From contig JBIJDH010000025.1 of assembly GCA_044344255.1 (NCBI GenBank), positions 1-64,000 of the forward strand: 64,000 bases of DNA. Reading direction: 5' to 3'. This stretch comes from Myxococcota bacterium. GTDB lineage: Bacteria; Myxococcota_A; UBA796; UBA2385. This document shows positions 19,390 to 28,757 of the stretch, piece by piece (position 1 is the stretch's first letter; each line of letters begins with the position of its first letter). Position numbers and translations under genes: made by a program. The notes beneath the pieces are model-generated. The model was not told where the DNA came from and did not search any database. It was given only the letters and a program-made list of their open reading frames with translations.

Positions 19390-20621
19390 GCGCTCCGACG
19401 GATCAACACGGCGCTCCCGCCGCGCCCGCCGCGCCCGCGCACCGGCCCACCGTGGTGCGGCCCTGGGTGGACGCGTACCTCGACCCTGAGCAGTACGACC
19501 CCGAGGGCGATCTGCTCGTCCTCAACCTCGGCCCGCAGCACCCCTCCACGCACGGTGTGTTCCGCGTGAAGCTGTGGTTGGACGGTGAGGTTTGTATCAA
19601 GGCTGTACCGTACGCGGGCTATCTCCACCGGGGCGTGGAGAAGCTGTGTGAGAAGCTCACCTACGTGCAGATCACGCCGGTGGTCGACAAGAACGACTAC
19701 CTCTCGGCCTTCACGAACGAGCTCGCCATCAACATGGCCTTCGAGGCTCTGAATCAGGTGGAGCCGCCGCGGCGGTCTCAGTACCTTCGCACCCTCGGCG
19801 CCGAGATGCAGCGGGTGGCCTCTCACCTGCTCTGGCTCGGCACCTTCGGCCTCGACATGGGGGGCGCCATCGGCGGAGGTGCCTCGCTCTTCATGCACAC
19901 CATGCGGGAGAGAGAGGGCATCCTCGACTGCTTTGAGCTCTGGACCGGCGGTCGTTTCCACTACAACACGCTCACGGTCGGTGGGAACCGCCACGATGTC
20001 CCGGCGGGCTTCGCGGAGCTGGTGACGAAGAATTTCAAGGCGATCGAGGGGCGGATCATCGAGTACAACGACATGATCCTCGACAACGCAATCTTCCGCG
20101 CCCGCGTGACCGGCGTGGGTCGCCTCGACGCCGAGCTGGCGCTCGAGCACGGCATCAGCGGCCCCAACCTGCGCGCGAGCGGCGTCGACGTCGATCTGCG
20201 GCGCGACCGCCCCTACGCCGCGTATTCCGAGCTCGATCTCAAAGTGGCCGTCCAGTCGGGCGGGGACTGCCTCGCCCGCTACCTCGTGCGCATGGCGGAG
20301 ATGCGAGAGAGCATCCGCCTCGTCCTCTCGCTCATCGATGGCATCCCCGAGGGGCCGATCACGGCGCTCAAGCCCGTGAAGCTGCCCACCGCCTACAAAG
20401 GTAAGGCCGGTCAGGCCTATGTCTCCATCGAGACCGCCCGCGGTGAGCTCGGCACCTGGGTCATCGCCGACGGATCGGACAAGCCCTATCGGTGCAAGAT
20501 CCGGGCGCCCTCCTACCACGCCGTCTCGATCATCCCCTTCCTGGCGCCCGGCAACAACCTGTCGGACATCGTGGTCACCCTCGGGTCTTTTGACCCTGTG
20601 CTCGGGGAGGTCGACCGATGA
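19380..20621 (+). CDS. nuoD: Complex I subunit D
   Basis: NLGPQHPSTHGV, GYLHRGVEK, GPNLRASGV, ETARGELG, DPVLGEVDR. Confidence 0.95.
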   Translation: MALSAPTDQHGAPAAPAAPAHRPTVVRPWVDAYLDPEQYDPEGDLLVLNLGPQHPSTHGVFRVKLWLDGEVCIKAVPYAGYLHRGVEKLCEKLTYVQITPVVDKNDYLSAFTNELAINMAFEALNQVEPPRRSQYLRTLGAEMQRVASHLLWLGTFGLDMGGAIGGGASLFMHTMREREGILDCFELWTGGRFHYNTLTVGGNRHDVPAGFAELVTKNFKAIEGRIIEYNDMILDNAIFRARVTGVGRLDAELALEHGISGPNLRASGVDVDLRRDRPYAAYSELDLKVAVQSGGDCLARYLVRMAEMRESIRLVLSLIDGIPEGPITALKPVKLPTAYKGKAGQAYVSIETARGELGTWVIADGSDKPYRCKIRAPSYHAVSIIPFLAPGNNLSDIVVTLGSFDPVLGEVDR

Positions 20622-21583
20622 ACCCCTGGCTCTATGGCTCCATCTTCGGGCTCGTGGCAGTGAGCGTGCTGATGCTCGTCGCCGCCTATGCGATCTGGTT
20701 CGAGCGGAAGTTCGCCGGCCTGATGCAAAACCGCCCCGGGCCCACGATGGTCGGCTACGCCGGCCTCCTCCAGTCCATCGCCGACCTCCTCAAGCTCCTC
20801 CAGAAGGAGGACATCACCCCGCGGAGCGCCGATCGGGCGCTCTTCAACCTCGCGCCGCCGCTCGGCGTCATCTGCGTGCTGGCGGGCATGGCGGCCTTCC
20901 CCTGGGCGCCGGGGCTCATCCCCTCCGAGGTCGACGTCGGCCTGCTGCTCATCCTGTCGCTCACCTCGCTGATGACCATCCCCGTCTGGATGGCCGGCTG
21001 GTCGAGCAACAACAAGTACGCGCTGCTCGGCGGCATGCGGGCCGCCGCCCAGGCGGTGAGCTTCGAGGTGCCGCTCCTCCTCACGGCCCTGGTGCCGGTG
21101 ATCCTGAGCGGCAGCTTCCGCATCGACGAGATCATCGAGGCGCAGTCGGGCGGGCGCTGGTTCATCTGGTGGCCGCTCGGCCCGGGCACGGTGGCGGGGG
21201 TGATCTTCTTCTTCGCCTCGCTGGCCGAGGCCAACCGCATCCCCTTCGACATCCCCGAGGCCGAGAGTGAGCTCGTGGCGGGCATCACCACCGAGTACAC
21301 CGGGATGAAGTTCGGGCTGTTCTACCTCGCCGAGTACCTGCACACGCTCATCGGCAGCTTCCTCGTCGCCGCCCTCTTCCTCGGCGGCTGGGACGGCCCG
21401 GGCCCCGATGGCGCCCACTGGCTCGTGCTCAAAGGCCTCTCCGTCTTCGCCCTCATCTTCTGGATCCGTTGGACGCTGCTGCGCTTCCGCGCCGATCAGT
21501 TCATGTCCCTCTGTTGGAAGGTGCTGATGCCGATCTCCATCGGCGCGGTCGCCCTGGCGGCGATCTGGAAGGTGTACACATGA
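20618..21583 (+). CDS. nuoH: Complex I subunit H
   Basis: ERKFAG.MQNRPGP, NNKYALLG, NRIPFDIPEAESELVAG. Confidence 0.95.
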   Translation: MNPWLYGSIFGLVAVSVLMLVAAYAIWFERKFAGLMQNRPGPTMVGYAGLLQSIADLLKLLQKEDITPRSADRALFNLAPPLGVICVLAGMAAFPWAPGLIPSEVDVGLLLILSLTSLMTIPVWMAGWSSNNKYALLGGMRAAAQAVSFEVPLLLTALVPVILSGSFRIDEIIEAQSGGRWFIWWPLGPGTVAGVIFFFASLAEANRIPFDIPEAESELVAGITTEYTGMKFGLFYLAEYLHTLIGSFLVAALFLGGWDGPGPDGAHWLVLKGLSVFALIFWIRWTLLRFRADQFMSLCWKVLMPISIGAVALAAIWKVYT

Positions 21584-22161
21584 TGGGCCTCCTCGCCGCC
21601 TTCAGCGCCCTCCGGGTGACGGGGCTGAACCTCCTTCGGAAGAAGATCACCGAGCCCCTGCCCTGGGACGGCGGTCGCCAGCGGCCCGAGCGCTACCGCA
21701 CCTCCTTCGCCCTCGTGCACAACGAGGACGGGGATGAGGCCTGCATCGGCTGCAAGATGTGCGAGAAGATCTGCCCCTCCCAGATCATCACCGTGGTGCC
21801 TGGCGGCCGCGGCCAGTCGCCCATCAGCGGCAAGATGCGCGGGACGGCCAAAGAGTTCACGCTCGATCTGAACGCCTGCATCCACTGTGAGCTCTGCGTC
21901 CAGGTCTGTCCCGAAGACGCCATCCTGATGCTCCACGCCCCGGACGAGCCGGGGTATTCGCGGGAGGCCGTCTTCCTCAGCATGGCGAAGCTCTACGCGA
22001 ATGAGCCCCTGGCCAAGTCCTGGGGCACCGGAGAACGCCTCGTGGCCATGCAGGAGCCCGGGGGCCCGAAGCCGGCCAAGGCCGCCAAGCCCGCCGCCGC
22101 TGCCCCTGCCGCCGCCCCAACGACCGCCGCCCCAACGACCGCCGACGGAGGCGCGCCGTGA
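21580..22161 (+). CDS. nuoI: Complex I subunit I (2x[4Fe-4S])
   Basis: CIGCKMCEKICP and CIHCELCVQVCP. ATGA overlap with nuoH. Confidence 0.9.
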   Translation: MMGLLAAFSALRVTGLNLLRKKITEPLPWDGGRQRPERYRTSFALVHNEDGDEACIGCKMCEKICPSQIITVVPGGRGQSPISGKMRGTAKEFTLDLNACIHCELCVQVCPEDAILMLHAPDEPGYSREAVFLSMAKLYANEPLAKSWGTGERLVAMQEPGGPKPAKAAKPAAAAPAAAPTTAAPTTADGGAP

Positions 22162-22643
22162 TCGACTGGTTCTTCTTCTCGCTGCTCGGCCTCGTGACGC
22201 TCGGGAGCGCCGTGCAGGTCGTCCGTTCGGCTGACCTCGTCCACGTCGTGCTCTGGCTGGCCTTGACCCTCGTGGGCACGGCTGGCCTCTACGTGCTGCT
22301 CGACGCCGGCTTCCTCGCCGCGATCCAGCTCCTGCTCTACACCGGCGGCGTCATCACCCTCATGCTCTTCGCCGTCATGCTCGCCCGGCGGGAGGGCGGC
22401 GTGATCCCGGCCGGCGGGCAGCAAGGCGGCCTCCGCGCCGGCCTCGCGGTGCTCGGCTTCTTCGCGGTGGTGGGCTCGGCCATCCTCGGCGGTGGGGCGC
22501 TGCTCCAGCCCGGCGTCGTGACCCCGGCGGCCCTCGGCGCGGCCGTGATGACCGACCTCGCGCTCCCCTTCGAGGCCCTCTCGGCCCTGCTCACCGCCGC
22601 GATGGTGGGCGCCATCGTCCTCTCGCGGAGGAAGGACGCATGA
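22158..22643 (+). CDS. nuoJ: Complex I subunit J
   Basis: FLAAIQLLLYTGGVITLMLFAVML, LPFE..MVGAIVL; operon position. Confidence 0.9.
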   Translation: MIDWFFFSLLGLVTLGSAVQVVRSADLVHVVLWLALTLVGTAGLYVLLDAGFLAAIQLLLYTGGVITLMLFAVMLARREGGVIPAGGQQGGLRAGLAVLGFFAVVGSAILGGGALLQPGVVTPAALGAAVMTDLALPFEALSALLTAAMVGAIVLSRRKDA

Positions 22644-22948
22644 ACGGTCCTGATCTCAATGCCTGGCTCTTCCTCGCCGCGGCCCTGTTCTCGGTGGGGC
22701 TCTACGGGGTGCTGGTCCGCAAGAACCTGCTCTCCATCGTCATCTCCGTCGAGCTGATGGCCAACGCCGCCAACTTGAACCTCGTCGCTTTCTCTCGCTA
22801 CGGCGGCCACGCCGCGGGGCAGGCGACGGCCCTCTTCGCCCTCGCGCTCACCGTCGCCGAGGTGGTGGTGGGGCTCGCGCTCGTGATCCTGGTGTCGCGC
22901 TCGAAGCCGACGCTGGACGCCGACGATCTGAAGGAGCTCAAGGGATGA
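22640..22948 (+). CDS. nuoK: Complex I subunit K
   Basis: ISVELMANAANLNLVAF, VAEVVVGLAL. Confidence 0.92.
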   Translation: MNGPDLNAWLFLAAALFSVGLYGVLVRKNLLSIVISVELMANAANLNLVAFSRYGGHAAGQATALFALALTVAEVVVGLALVILVSRSKPTLDADDLKELKG

Positions 22949-24768
22949 TTCCTTCGATGTTCCCGCCCGGGACTGATCCGATGTGGTGGGCGGCGGTGCC
23001 GATCCTGCTGCCGCTCGCGAGCTTCCTGCTGCTGGGGCTCATCTGGCCGCTGCGGCACACCGGTAAGCCGGCCGCCTACGTCTCGACGGCGGCGGCGATC
23101 GGCAGCTTCGTCGCGGCTCTCAACGTCTGGCGGATGGTGCCCGACGAGCCCTGGATCGTCTCCTTCGACTGGCTCGTGCACAAGGGGGAGGCCATCGCCA
23201 GCCTCGGGCTGCGCGTAGACGCCACCTCCGCCTCGATGCTCGTCGTCGTCACCCTGGTGGCCGCCTGCGTGCAGGTCTACTCGCTCGGCTACATGGCCGG
23301 CGAGCCGAAGCCGGCGCTTGGCCGCTACTATACTTGGCACTCGCTCTTCATCGTGGCGATGAGCGGCCTCGTGCTCGCTCCCAACATGCTCCAGCTCCTC
23401 GGGGCCTGGGAGCTGGTGGGCCTCTGCTCCTACCTGCTCATCGGCTTTTACTGGGCGAAGCCCTCGGCGGGCAAAGCGGCGGTGAAGGCCGTCTGGGTCA
23501 CCCGCTTCGCCGACATCGGGCTGATGTCCGGCATCGTGCTCCTCTACGCGCGCACGGGCGGCTTCGACTGGAGCCCCGAGGCCGGCCCCCTGGTCGCCGC
23601 GCTGCTCTTCTGCGGCGTGATGGGCAAGAGCGCCCAGGTTCCGCTCCACGTCTGGCTCCCCGACGCCATGGAGGGCCCTACCCCGGTGTCGGCCCTGCTC
23701 CACGCCGCCACGATGGTGGCCGCAGGGGTCTTCCTCGTGGTGCGCGCCTGGCCGATCTTCGAGGCCGCCCCCGACGTGCTCACGGTGATGGCTTGGATCG
23801 GCGGTGTCACCGCCCTGGTCGCGGCCATCACCGCCACCGTCCAGACCGACATCAAGAAGGTGCTCGCCTACTCGACCTGCTCGCAGCTCGGCTACATGGT
23901 GGCCGGCCTCGGCTCGGGCTCGATGCTCGGCGGCTACTTCCACCTCACGACCCACGCCTTCTTCAAGGCCTTGCTCTTCCTCGGCGCCGGCTCGGTCATC
24001 CACGCGGTGCACAGCAACGAGCTCGGCGACATGGGCGGGCTCTGGAAGAAGGCCAAGGGCACCGCGGTGCTCTTCATCATCGGCAGCCTCGCCCTCGCCG
24101 GGCTCCCGGGCCTGAGCGGCTTCTTCTCGAAGGACCTCATCCTCGAGGAGCTGCTGCACGCCGGCCAGTACGGGCCCCTCGCCCTCTGCCTCGCCGCGGC
24201 GGCGCTCACCCCCTTCTACATGACTCGGGTGGTCTTCCTCGCCTTCTTCGGGCCGTCGAACGCGCGCACGGAGCACGCCCACGAGTCCCCCCTGGTGATG
24301 CTGGCCCCGATGGCCCTGCTCGCGCTCCTCGCGGTGGCGGCCGGCTATGGCGCCGGCGGCTTCGCGGCGGGGCTCCACGAGGAGTACCACTTCGCGATCA
24401 CGCCGGTGGGCGGCCTCGCCACCCTGCTCGGCCTCGGGGGCATCGCGGTGGGCGCCCTCAAGTACGGCAAGGGGGCGCTCGGCGGCCTGGAGCTGCCGGC
24501 GGTGGCGCGCTTCGTGCGCAGCGGCCCCATCGACTCCGCCTGGCAGGCGGGCTGGCGGCAGGGGCTGCTGCCCTTCGCCCGGATGGTCGGCTATGTCGAT
24601 CGATACGTCGTGGACGGCCTCGTCAACGTCTTTGGCTGGGCGACCCTGGTGCTCGGAGACCGCCTCCGCGTGCTCCAGACCGGGCGCGTCCGTGACTACC
24701 TGTACATGGTGGCGGTCGCCGCCGTAGCCGTCGCCGCCTGGGGCGCGATCGGCGGGGTGCTGCGATGA
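22945..24768 (+). CDS. nuoL: Complex I subunit L
   Basis: GKSAQVPLHVWLPDAMEGPTPVSALLHAATMV, IKKVLAYST, HAFFKALLFL. Confidence 0.95.
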   Translation: MIPSMFPPGTDPMWWAAVPILLPLASFLLLGLIWPLRHTGKPAAYVSTAAAIGSFVAALNVWRMVPDEPWIVSFDWLVHKGEAIASLGLRVDATSASMLVVVTLVAACVQVYSLGYMAGEPKPALGRYYTWHSLFIVAMSGLVLAPNMLQLLGAWELVGLCSYLLIGFYWAKPSAGKAAVKAVWVTRFADIGLMSGIVLLYARTGGFDWSPEAGPLVAALLFCGVMGKSAQVPLHVWLPDAMEGPTPVSALLHAATMVAAGVFLVVRAWPIFEAAPDVLTVMAWIGGVTALVAAITATVQTDIKKVLAYSTCSQLGYMVAGLGSGSMLGGYFHLTTHAFFKALLFLGAGSVIHAVHSNELGDMGGLWKKAKGTAVLFIIGSLALAGLPGLSGFFSKDLILEELLHAGQYGPLALCLAAAALTPFYMTRVVFLAFFGPSNARTEHAHESPLVMLAPMALLALLAVAAGYGAGGFAAGLHEEYHFAITPVGGLATLLGLGGIAVGALKYGKGALGGLELPAVARFVRSGPIDSAWQAGWRQGLLPFARMVGYVDRYVVDGLVNVFGWATLVLGDRLRVLQTGRVRDYLYMVAVAAVAVAAWGAIGGVLR

Positions 24769-26291
24769 TCCCCTGGCTCTCGGTCACCGTCCTCTCGCCC
24801 CTTGTCGCGGCGGTGTCTCTCCTGCTCATCCCTGGCGCCTCCCGCGCCACGGTGCGGGTCGTCACCGTCACGAGCGCTGTCGTCTCGCTCATCGGCTCGA
24901 TCGTCGTGGCCCTCGGCTACGATCTCGAGGCGGGAGGCGTCCAGTTCCGCGAGCGCTTCGAGCTCGTGCGCTCGCTCGGCATCAGCTACAACCTCGGCGT
25001 GGACGGCTGGGGGGTCTCGCTCCTCCTCCTCACCTCGATCATCCTCTTCGCAGGCTCGTTCGCGACCTGGACCCTGCTCGACCGCGACAAGGACTTCTAC
25101 GTCCTGCTGCTCACGCTGGTCACGGGCGTCTTCGGGGTCTTCGTCAGCCTCGATCTGTTCATGTTCTTCCTGTTCTATGAGATCGCGGTGCTGCCGATGT
25201 ACCTTCTCATCGCGATCTGGGGCAGCACCAAGCAGGTGCCCACCAAGGGCCCCTTCGCCTTCGCGATGCGCAGGCTCGACGTGGGCGGTCGCGAATACGC
25301 CGCGATGAAGCTGACGCTGATGCTGCTCCTCGGCTCCGCCTTCATCCTCGCAGGCATCCTCGGGATGTATGAGGCGGGCGGCCACACCTTCGACATGGAG
25401 GTGCTGGCCCAGGTGAAGTACCCCGCCAGCCTCCAGAGCTGGGCCTTCGTGGCCCTCTGGCTCGGCTTTGGCTCCCTCGCCGGTGTCTTTCCCTTCCACA
25501 CCTGGTCACCGGACGGGCACGCCGCCGCCCCCACCGCCGTCTCGATGCTCCACGCCGGCGTGCTGATGAAGCTCGGCGCCTTCGGCGTGATGCGCATCGG
25601 GATGGTGATGCTCCCCGAGGGCGCGGCCGAGTGGGCCTCGGTCGTCGGCCTCGTGGCGGTGGTCAACGTCGTCTACGGCGCGCTCGGCGCCGCCTCGCAG
25701 ACCGACCTCAAGTACATCGTCGCTTACTCCTCGGTGAGCCACATGGGCGTGGTGATGCTGGGCGCGGCCACGCTCAACCAGGACGGTTGGAACGGGGCCA
25801 TCTACCAGATGTTCGCCCACGGGCTGATGACCGGCCTCCTCTTCGCGCTCGTCGGCCTCATCTACGGCCGCGCCCATGACCGCGAGATCTTCGGCATGGG
25901 CGGCTTCGCCAAGGTGATGCCGGGTGTGGCCGTGTTCTTCACGCTGGCCGGCCTCTCGTCGCTGGGCATGCCGGGCTTCGCGGGCTTCGTCGCCGAGTTC
26001 ATGGTCTTCCTCGGCGCCTGGTCGAGCGGCCACTATCTCTGGGCCCTCGCCGGCATTGTCGGGGCCTGGATCACCGCTGTCTACGTGCTGCGGGCCGCGC
26101 GGGCGATCTTCTGGGGCCAGGGCCCGCCGGAGCGCTTCCATGACCTCTCGGACGCCAAGGGCGTGGAGTGGGTGGCGCTCGGCACGCTCGGCCTCTGCAT
26201 CATCGCCTTCGGGGTCTGGCCTCGGTTGATCCTCGACCACATCGATCTCGGGACCACAGAGCACCTCGCGGCTGTCCTGGGGGTGCGCTGA
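24765..26291 (+). CDS. nuoM: Complex I subunit M
   Basis: FPFHTWSPDGH, MKLGAFG, AYSSVSHMG, QMFAHG, GFVAEF. Confidence 0.93.
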   Translation: MIPWLSVTVLSPLVAAVSLLLIPGASRATVRVVTVTSAVVSLIGSIVVALGYDLEAGGVQFRERFELVRSLGISYNLGVDGWGVSLLLLTSIILFAGSFATWTLLDRDKDFYVLLLTLVTGVFGVFVSLDLFMFFLFYEIAVLPMYLLIAIWGSTKQVPTKGPFAFAMRRLDVGGREYAAMKLTLMLLLGSAFILAGILGMYEAGGHTFDMEVLAQVKYPASLQSWAFVALWLGFGSLAGVFPFHTWSPDGHAAAPTAVSMLHAGVLMKLGAFGVMRIGMVMLPEGAAEWASVVGLVAVVNVVYGALGAASQTDLKYIVAYSSVSHMGVVMLGAATLNQDGWNGAIYQMFAHGLMTGLLFALVGLIYGRAHDREIFGMGGFAKVMPGVAVFFTLAGLSSLGMPGFAGFVAEFMVFLGAWSSGHYLWALAGIVGAWITAVYVLRAARAIFWGQGPPERFHDLSDAKGVEWVALGTLGLCIIAFGVWPRLILDHIDLGTTEHLAAVLGVR

Positions 26292-27703
26292 TGGAGACCC
26301 TCCTCGTCCCGATCGCCGTCGCGGTCCTCGCCGTCCTGGTCCTCGTCGCCGACATCGTCCCCGCCGAGGGTAACGCCCGCGGCTCCGGCGTCCTCGCCGC
26401 CCTCGGCCTCGCGGGCGTCTTTGGGCTCGCGGGCATGAGCCCCTTCGGGCTCGGCTTCGGCGGAGCCTGGAGCAACGACGCCTTCACCGTCTTCGTGCAG
26501 CGCCTCGTGCTCGCGGCGGGGGCGCTCGCCTGCGTGGCGAGCATCGATCACTCCGACCGGGTCTATCCGAAACGACAGGGGGAGTATTACCTCCTGCTGC
26601 TCTCCTCGATCCTTGGCATGACGCTGCTCGCTGGTGCCCGTGATCTCGTGCTGCTCATCGTCTCTTTCGAGCTGATGAGCATCCCGCAGTACGTGCTCGC
26701 CGCCATCCACAAGGACGGCAAGCTGGGGGTCGAGGGCAGCACCAAGCTCTACCTGACCGGCTCCATCTCCGCGGGCCTCACCATCTACGGCGCGAGCTTC
26801 CTCGTCGGCGTGACGGGCGGCACCTCGCTCGACGCCATCGCGCTCGCCCCCGCCTCGCCGATGCTCGTGCTCGGCCTGCTGTTGATGTTGGCCGGGGTCT
26901 CCTACAAGCTCGGCGCGGTGCCCTTTCATGGCTGGGTGCCCGACACTTACCAGTCGGGGCCGGCCCCCTTCATCGCCTTCCTCAGCGTGGCCCCCAAGGC
27001 GGCGGGCATCGCGGCCCTGATCCGCTTGCAGGGGGGCCCCGGCGGCTCGGTGGGGGAGCTGTGGGGCCCCGTGGTGCTGATCATCTGTGTGCTGACCATG
27101 CTGGTCGGCAACGTGCTGGCCATCCCCCAGACGAACGTGCGTCGGCTGCTCGCCTGGTCGGGCATCGGCCACGCCGGCCTGCTCCTGCTCGGCTTCTTCC
27201 TCGACAGCAGCGTCGGCGTCGGCGCCATCCTCTTCTACCTCGCCACCTACGTGGTCTCGAACCTCGGCGCCTTCTTCGTGGCGGAGGCGGTGGGCGCGCA
27301 GGTGGGCGACGAGCTGCCGGCCTGGAACGGCCTCGCCCGGCGCTCGCCCGGCCTCGCCCTGGCGATGCTGCTCTCCATCCTCTCCCTCGGCGGCATCCCC
27401 TTCGTCGCGGGCTTCTGGGGGAAGATGTTCCTCTTCCAGACCGCCTGGATGGCCGGCAACCGCTGGCTCGTGCTGACGGGCGCCATCCTCGCGGTGGTCT
27501 CGCTCTTCTATTACCTGAAGATCGCCCGCGCGATGTATGTCGAGCCGCCGTCCGACACGCGGCCCATCGCCGTCGGCCTGCCCACGCAGGTGGCCATCGC
27601 GCTGGCGCTCGTCGGCGTCGTCGGGCTCGGCCTGCTGCCCGGCCCGCTCTGGGATTATGCCCAGGCGGGCGGCGCGGCGGTGAGCGCGGCCCTCCTCAAG
27701 TAG
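26291..27703 (+). CDS. nuoN: Complex I subunit N
   Basis: YKLGAVPFHGWVPDTY, LSVAPK, RLLAWSGIGH, SLGGIP..GFWGK. TGATG overlap with nuoM. Confidence 0.93.
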   Translation: METLLVPIAVAVLAVLVLVADIVPAEGNARGSGVLAALGLAGVFGLAGMSPFGLGFGGAWSNDAFTVFVQRLVLAAGALACVASIDHSDRVYPKRQGEYYLLLLSSILGMTLLAGARDLVLLIVSFELMSIPQYVLAAIHKDGKLGVEGSTKLYLTGSISAGLTIYGASFLVGVTGGTSLDAIALAPASPMLVLGLLLMLAGVSYKLGAVPFHGWVPDTYQSGPAPFIAFLSVAPKAAGIAALIRLQGGPGGSVGELWGPVVLIICVLTMLVGNVLAIPQTNVRRLLAWSGIGHAGLLLLGFFLDSSVGVGAILFYLATYVVSNLGAFFVAEAVGAQVGDELPAWNGLARRSPGLALAMLLSILSLGGIPFVAGFWGKMFLFQTAWMAGNRWLVLTGAILAVVSLFYYLKIARAMYVEPPSDTRPIAVGLPTQVAIALALVGVVGLGLLPGPLWDYAQAGGAAVSAALLK

Positions 27704-27746
27704 GTCCGGGCAGGGGCCGGGCAGGGTCCGGGCAGGGTCCGGGCGG
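27703..27746. repeat. Four tandem 11-bp units (GGTCCGGGCAG)
   Basis: GGTCCGGGCAG GGGCCGGGCAG GGTCCGGGCAG GGTCCGGGCGG between convergent stop codons. Confidence 0.8.
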
Positions 27747-27751
27747 CGGAC

Positions 27752-28747
27752 CTACCGGGAGCGCCAGGTCTGGAGCACGCGGGCGTAGTTGGCGCGCTCG
27801 AAGGCCTCAGGATCGGGGCAGCGCTCGAGGCTCATGCTGCCGCGGAGCTCGGCCACCGAGCGGTACTCGTGCTCGACGAGCCAGGCCTCGAGGCCCGCCC
27901 GCAAGAGACCGATGTGCTCGGGGCCATTCTTGAGCAGGGCCGAGACCACCTGCACGACGTCGGCGCCGGCCATCAGCGCCTTGACCACGTCGATCGGGGT
28001 GTGGACGCCGCCGCTGGCCGCGAGCGCGAGCCCGACCCGGCCGCGGAGGATGGCCAGCCATCGCAGTCGGAGCAGGAGGTCGTGGCTGTCGGAGAGGACG
28101 AGCTTCGGCGCCACCTCGAGGGTCTCGGGGTCAATGTCGGGCTGATAGAACCGATTGAAGAGGACGAGCCCGTCTACCCCCGCCTGCTCCAGTCGGCGCG
28201 CGAGGTTGGGGAGGGAGGAGTAGAAGGGGGAGAGCTTGACCGCGAGCTTCAGCCCGACGGCGCCGCGCACCGCGGAGACCAGCTCCAGCACACGGTCCTC
28301 GACCTCCGCGGCCGCCACCTCGGGGCGGGTGGCCAGGAGGTAGACGTTGAGCTCGAGGGCGTCCGCGCCGGCCTCCTCGATCAGGCGGGCGTAGCGGGTC
28401 CAGCCGCTGGCGGTGGTCCCGTTGAGCGAGGCGATGACCGGCACCTTCACCGCGGCCTTGATCTTCTCGATCTGGCGGAGGTAGGCCCGGGGGCCGAGCC
28501 AGACCTCGCTGGGATCGGGGAAGAAGCTGAGCGCCTCGGCGTAGCTGTCGTGGTGCTGCGCGTGCTGCGCGGCGGTGGCGTCGGCCTCGAGCTCGATCTG
28601 CTCCTCGAAGAGCGAGTGCATCACGATGGCGGCGGCGCCGGCGGCCTCGAGCCTGCGCACGACGTCGAGGTCGTCGACGAGCGGGCTCGCGCCGCTCAGG
28701 AGCGGGTGGTCGAGCGAGAGGCCAAGGTAGGAGGTCTTCAAGTCCAT
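27752..28747 (-). CDS. Dihydroorotate dehydrogenase-like flavoprotein (PFOR-associated subfamily)
   Basis: SLFEEQI, VIASLNG, ALELNVY, VKLSPF, LFNRFYQPDID, SGGVH, FERANY. Confidence 0.88.
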   Translation of the reverse strand: MDLKTSYLGLSLDHPLLSGASPLVDDLDVVRRLEAAGAAAIVMHSLFEEQIELEADATAAQHAQHHDSYAEALSFFPDPSEVWLGPRAYLRQIEKIKAAVKVPVIASLNGTTASGWTRYARLIEEAGADALELNVYLLATRPEVAAAEVEDRVLELVSAVRGAVGLKLAVKLSPFYSSLPNLARRLEQAGVDGLVLFNRFYQPDIDPETLEVAPKLVLSDSHDLLLRLRWLAILRGRVGLALAASGGVHTPIDVVKALMAGADVVQVVSALLKNGPEHIGLLRAGLEAWLVEHEYRSVAELRGSMSLERCPDPEAFERANYARVLQTWRSR

Positions 28748-28757
28748 GACGGGTCCT

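Noticed and set aside
18254..20621. Group 4 [NiFe] hydrogenase
   Set aside because: The large subunit lacks the two CxxC Ni-binding motifs and has NuoD signatures (GPQHPSTHG, GEVDR).
27752..28747. Biosynthetic pyrD
   Set aside because: Motifs (SLFEEQI, LFNRFYQPD) and position behind nifJ fit the DHOD-like subfamily; no pyr genes nearby.
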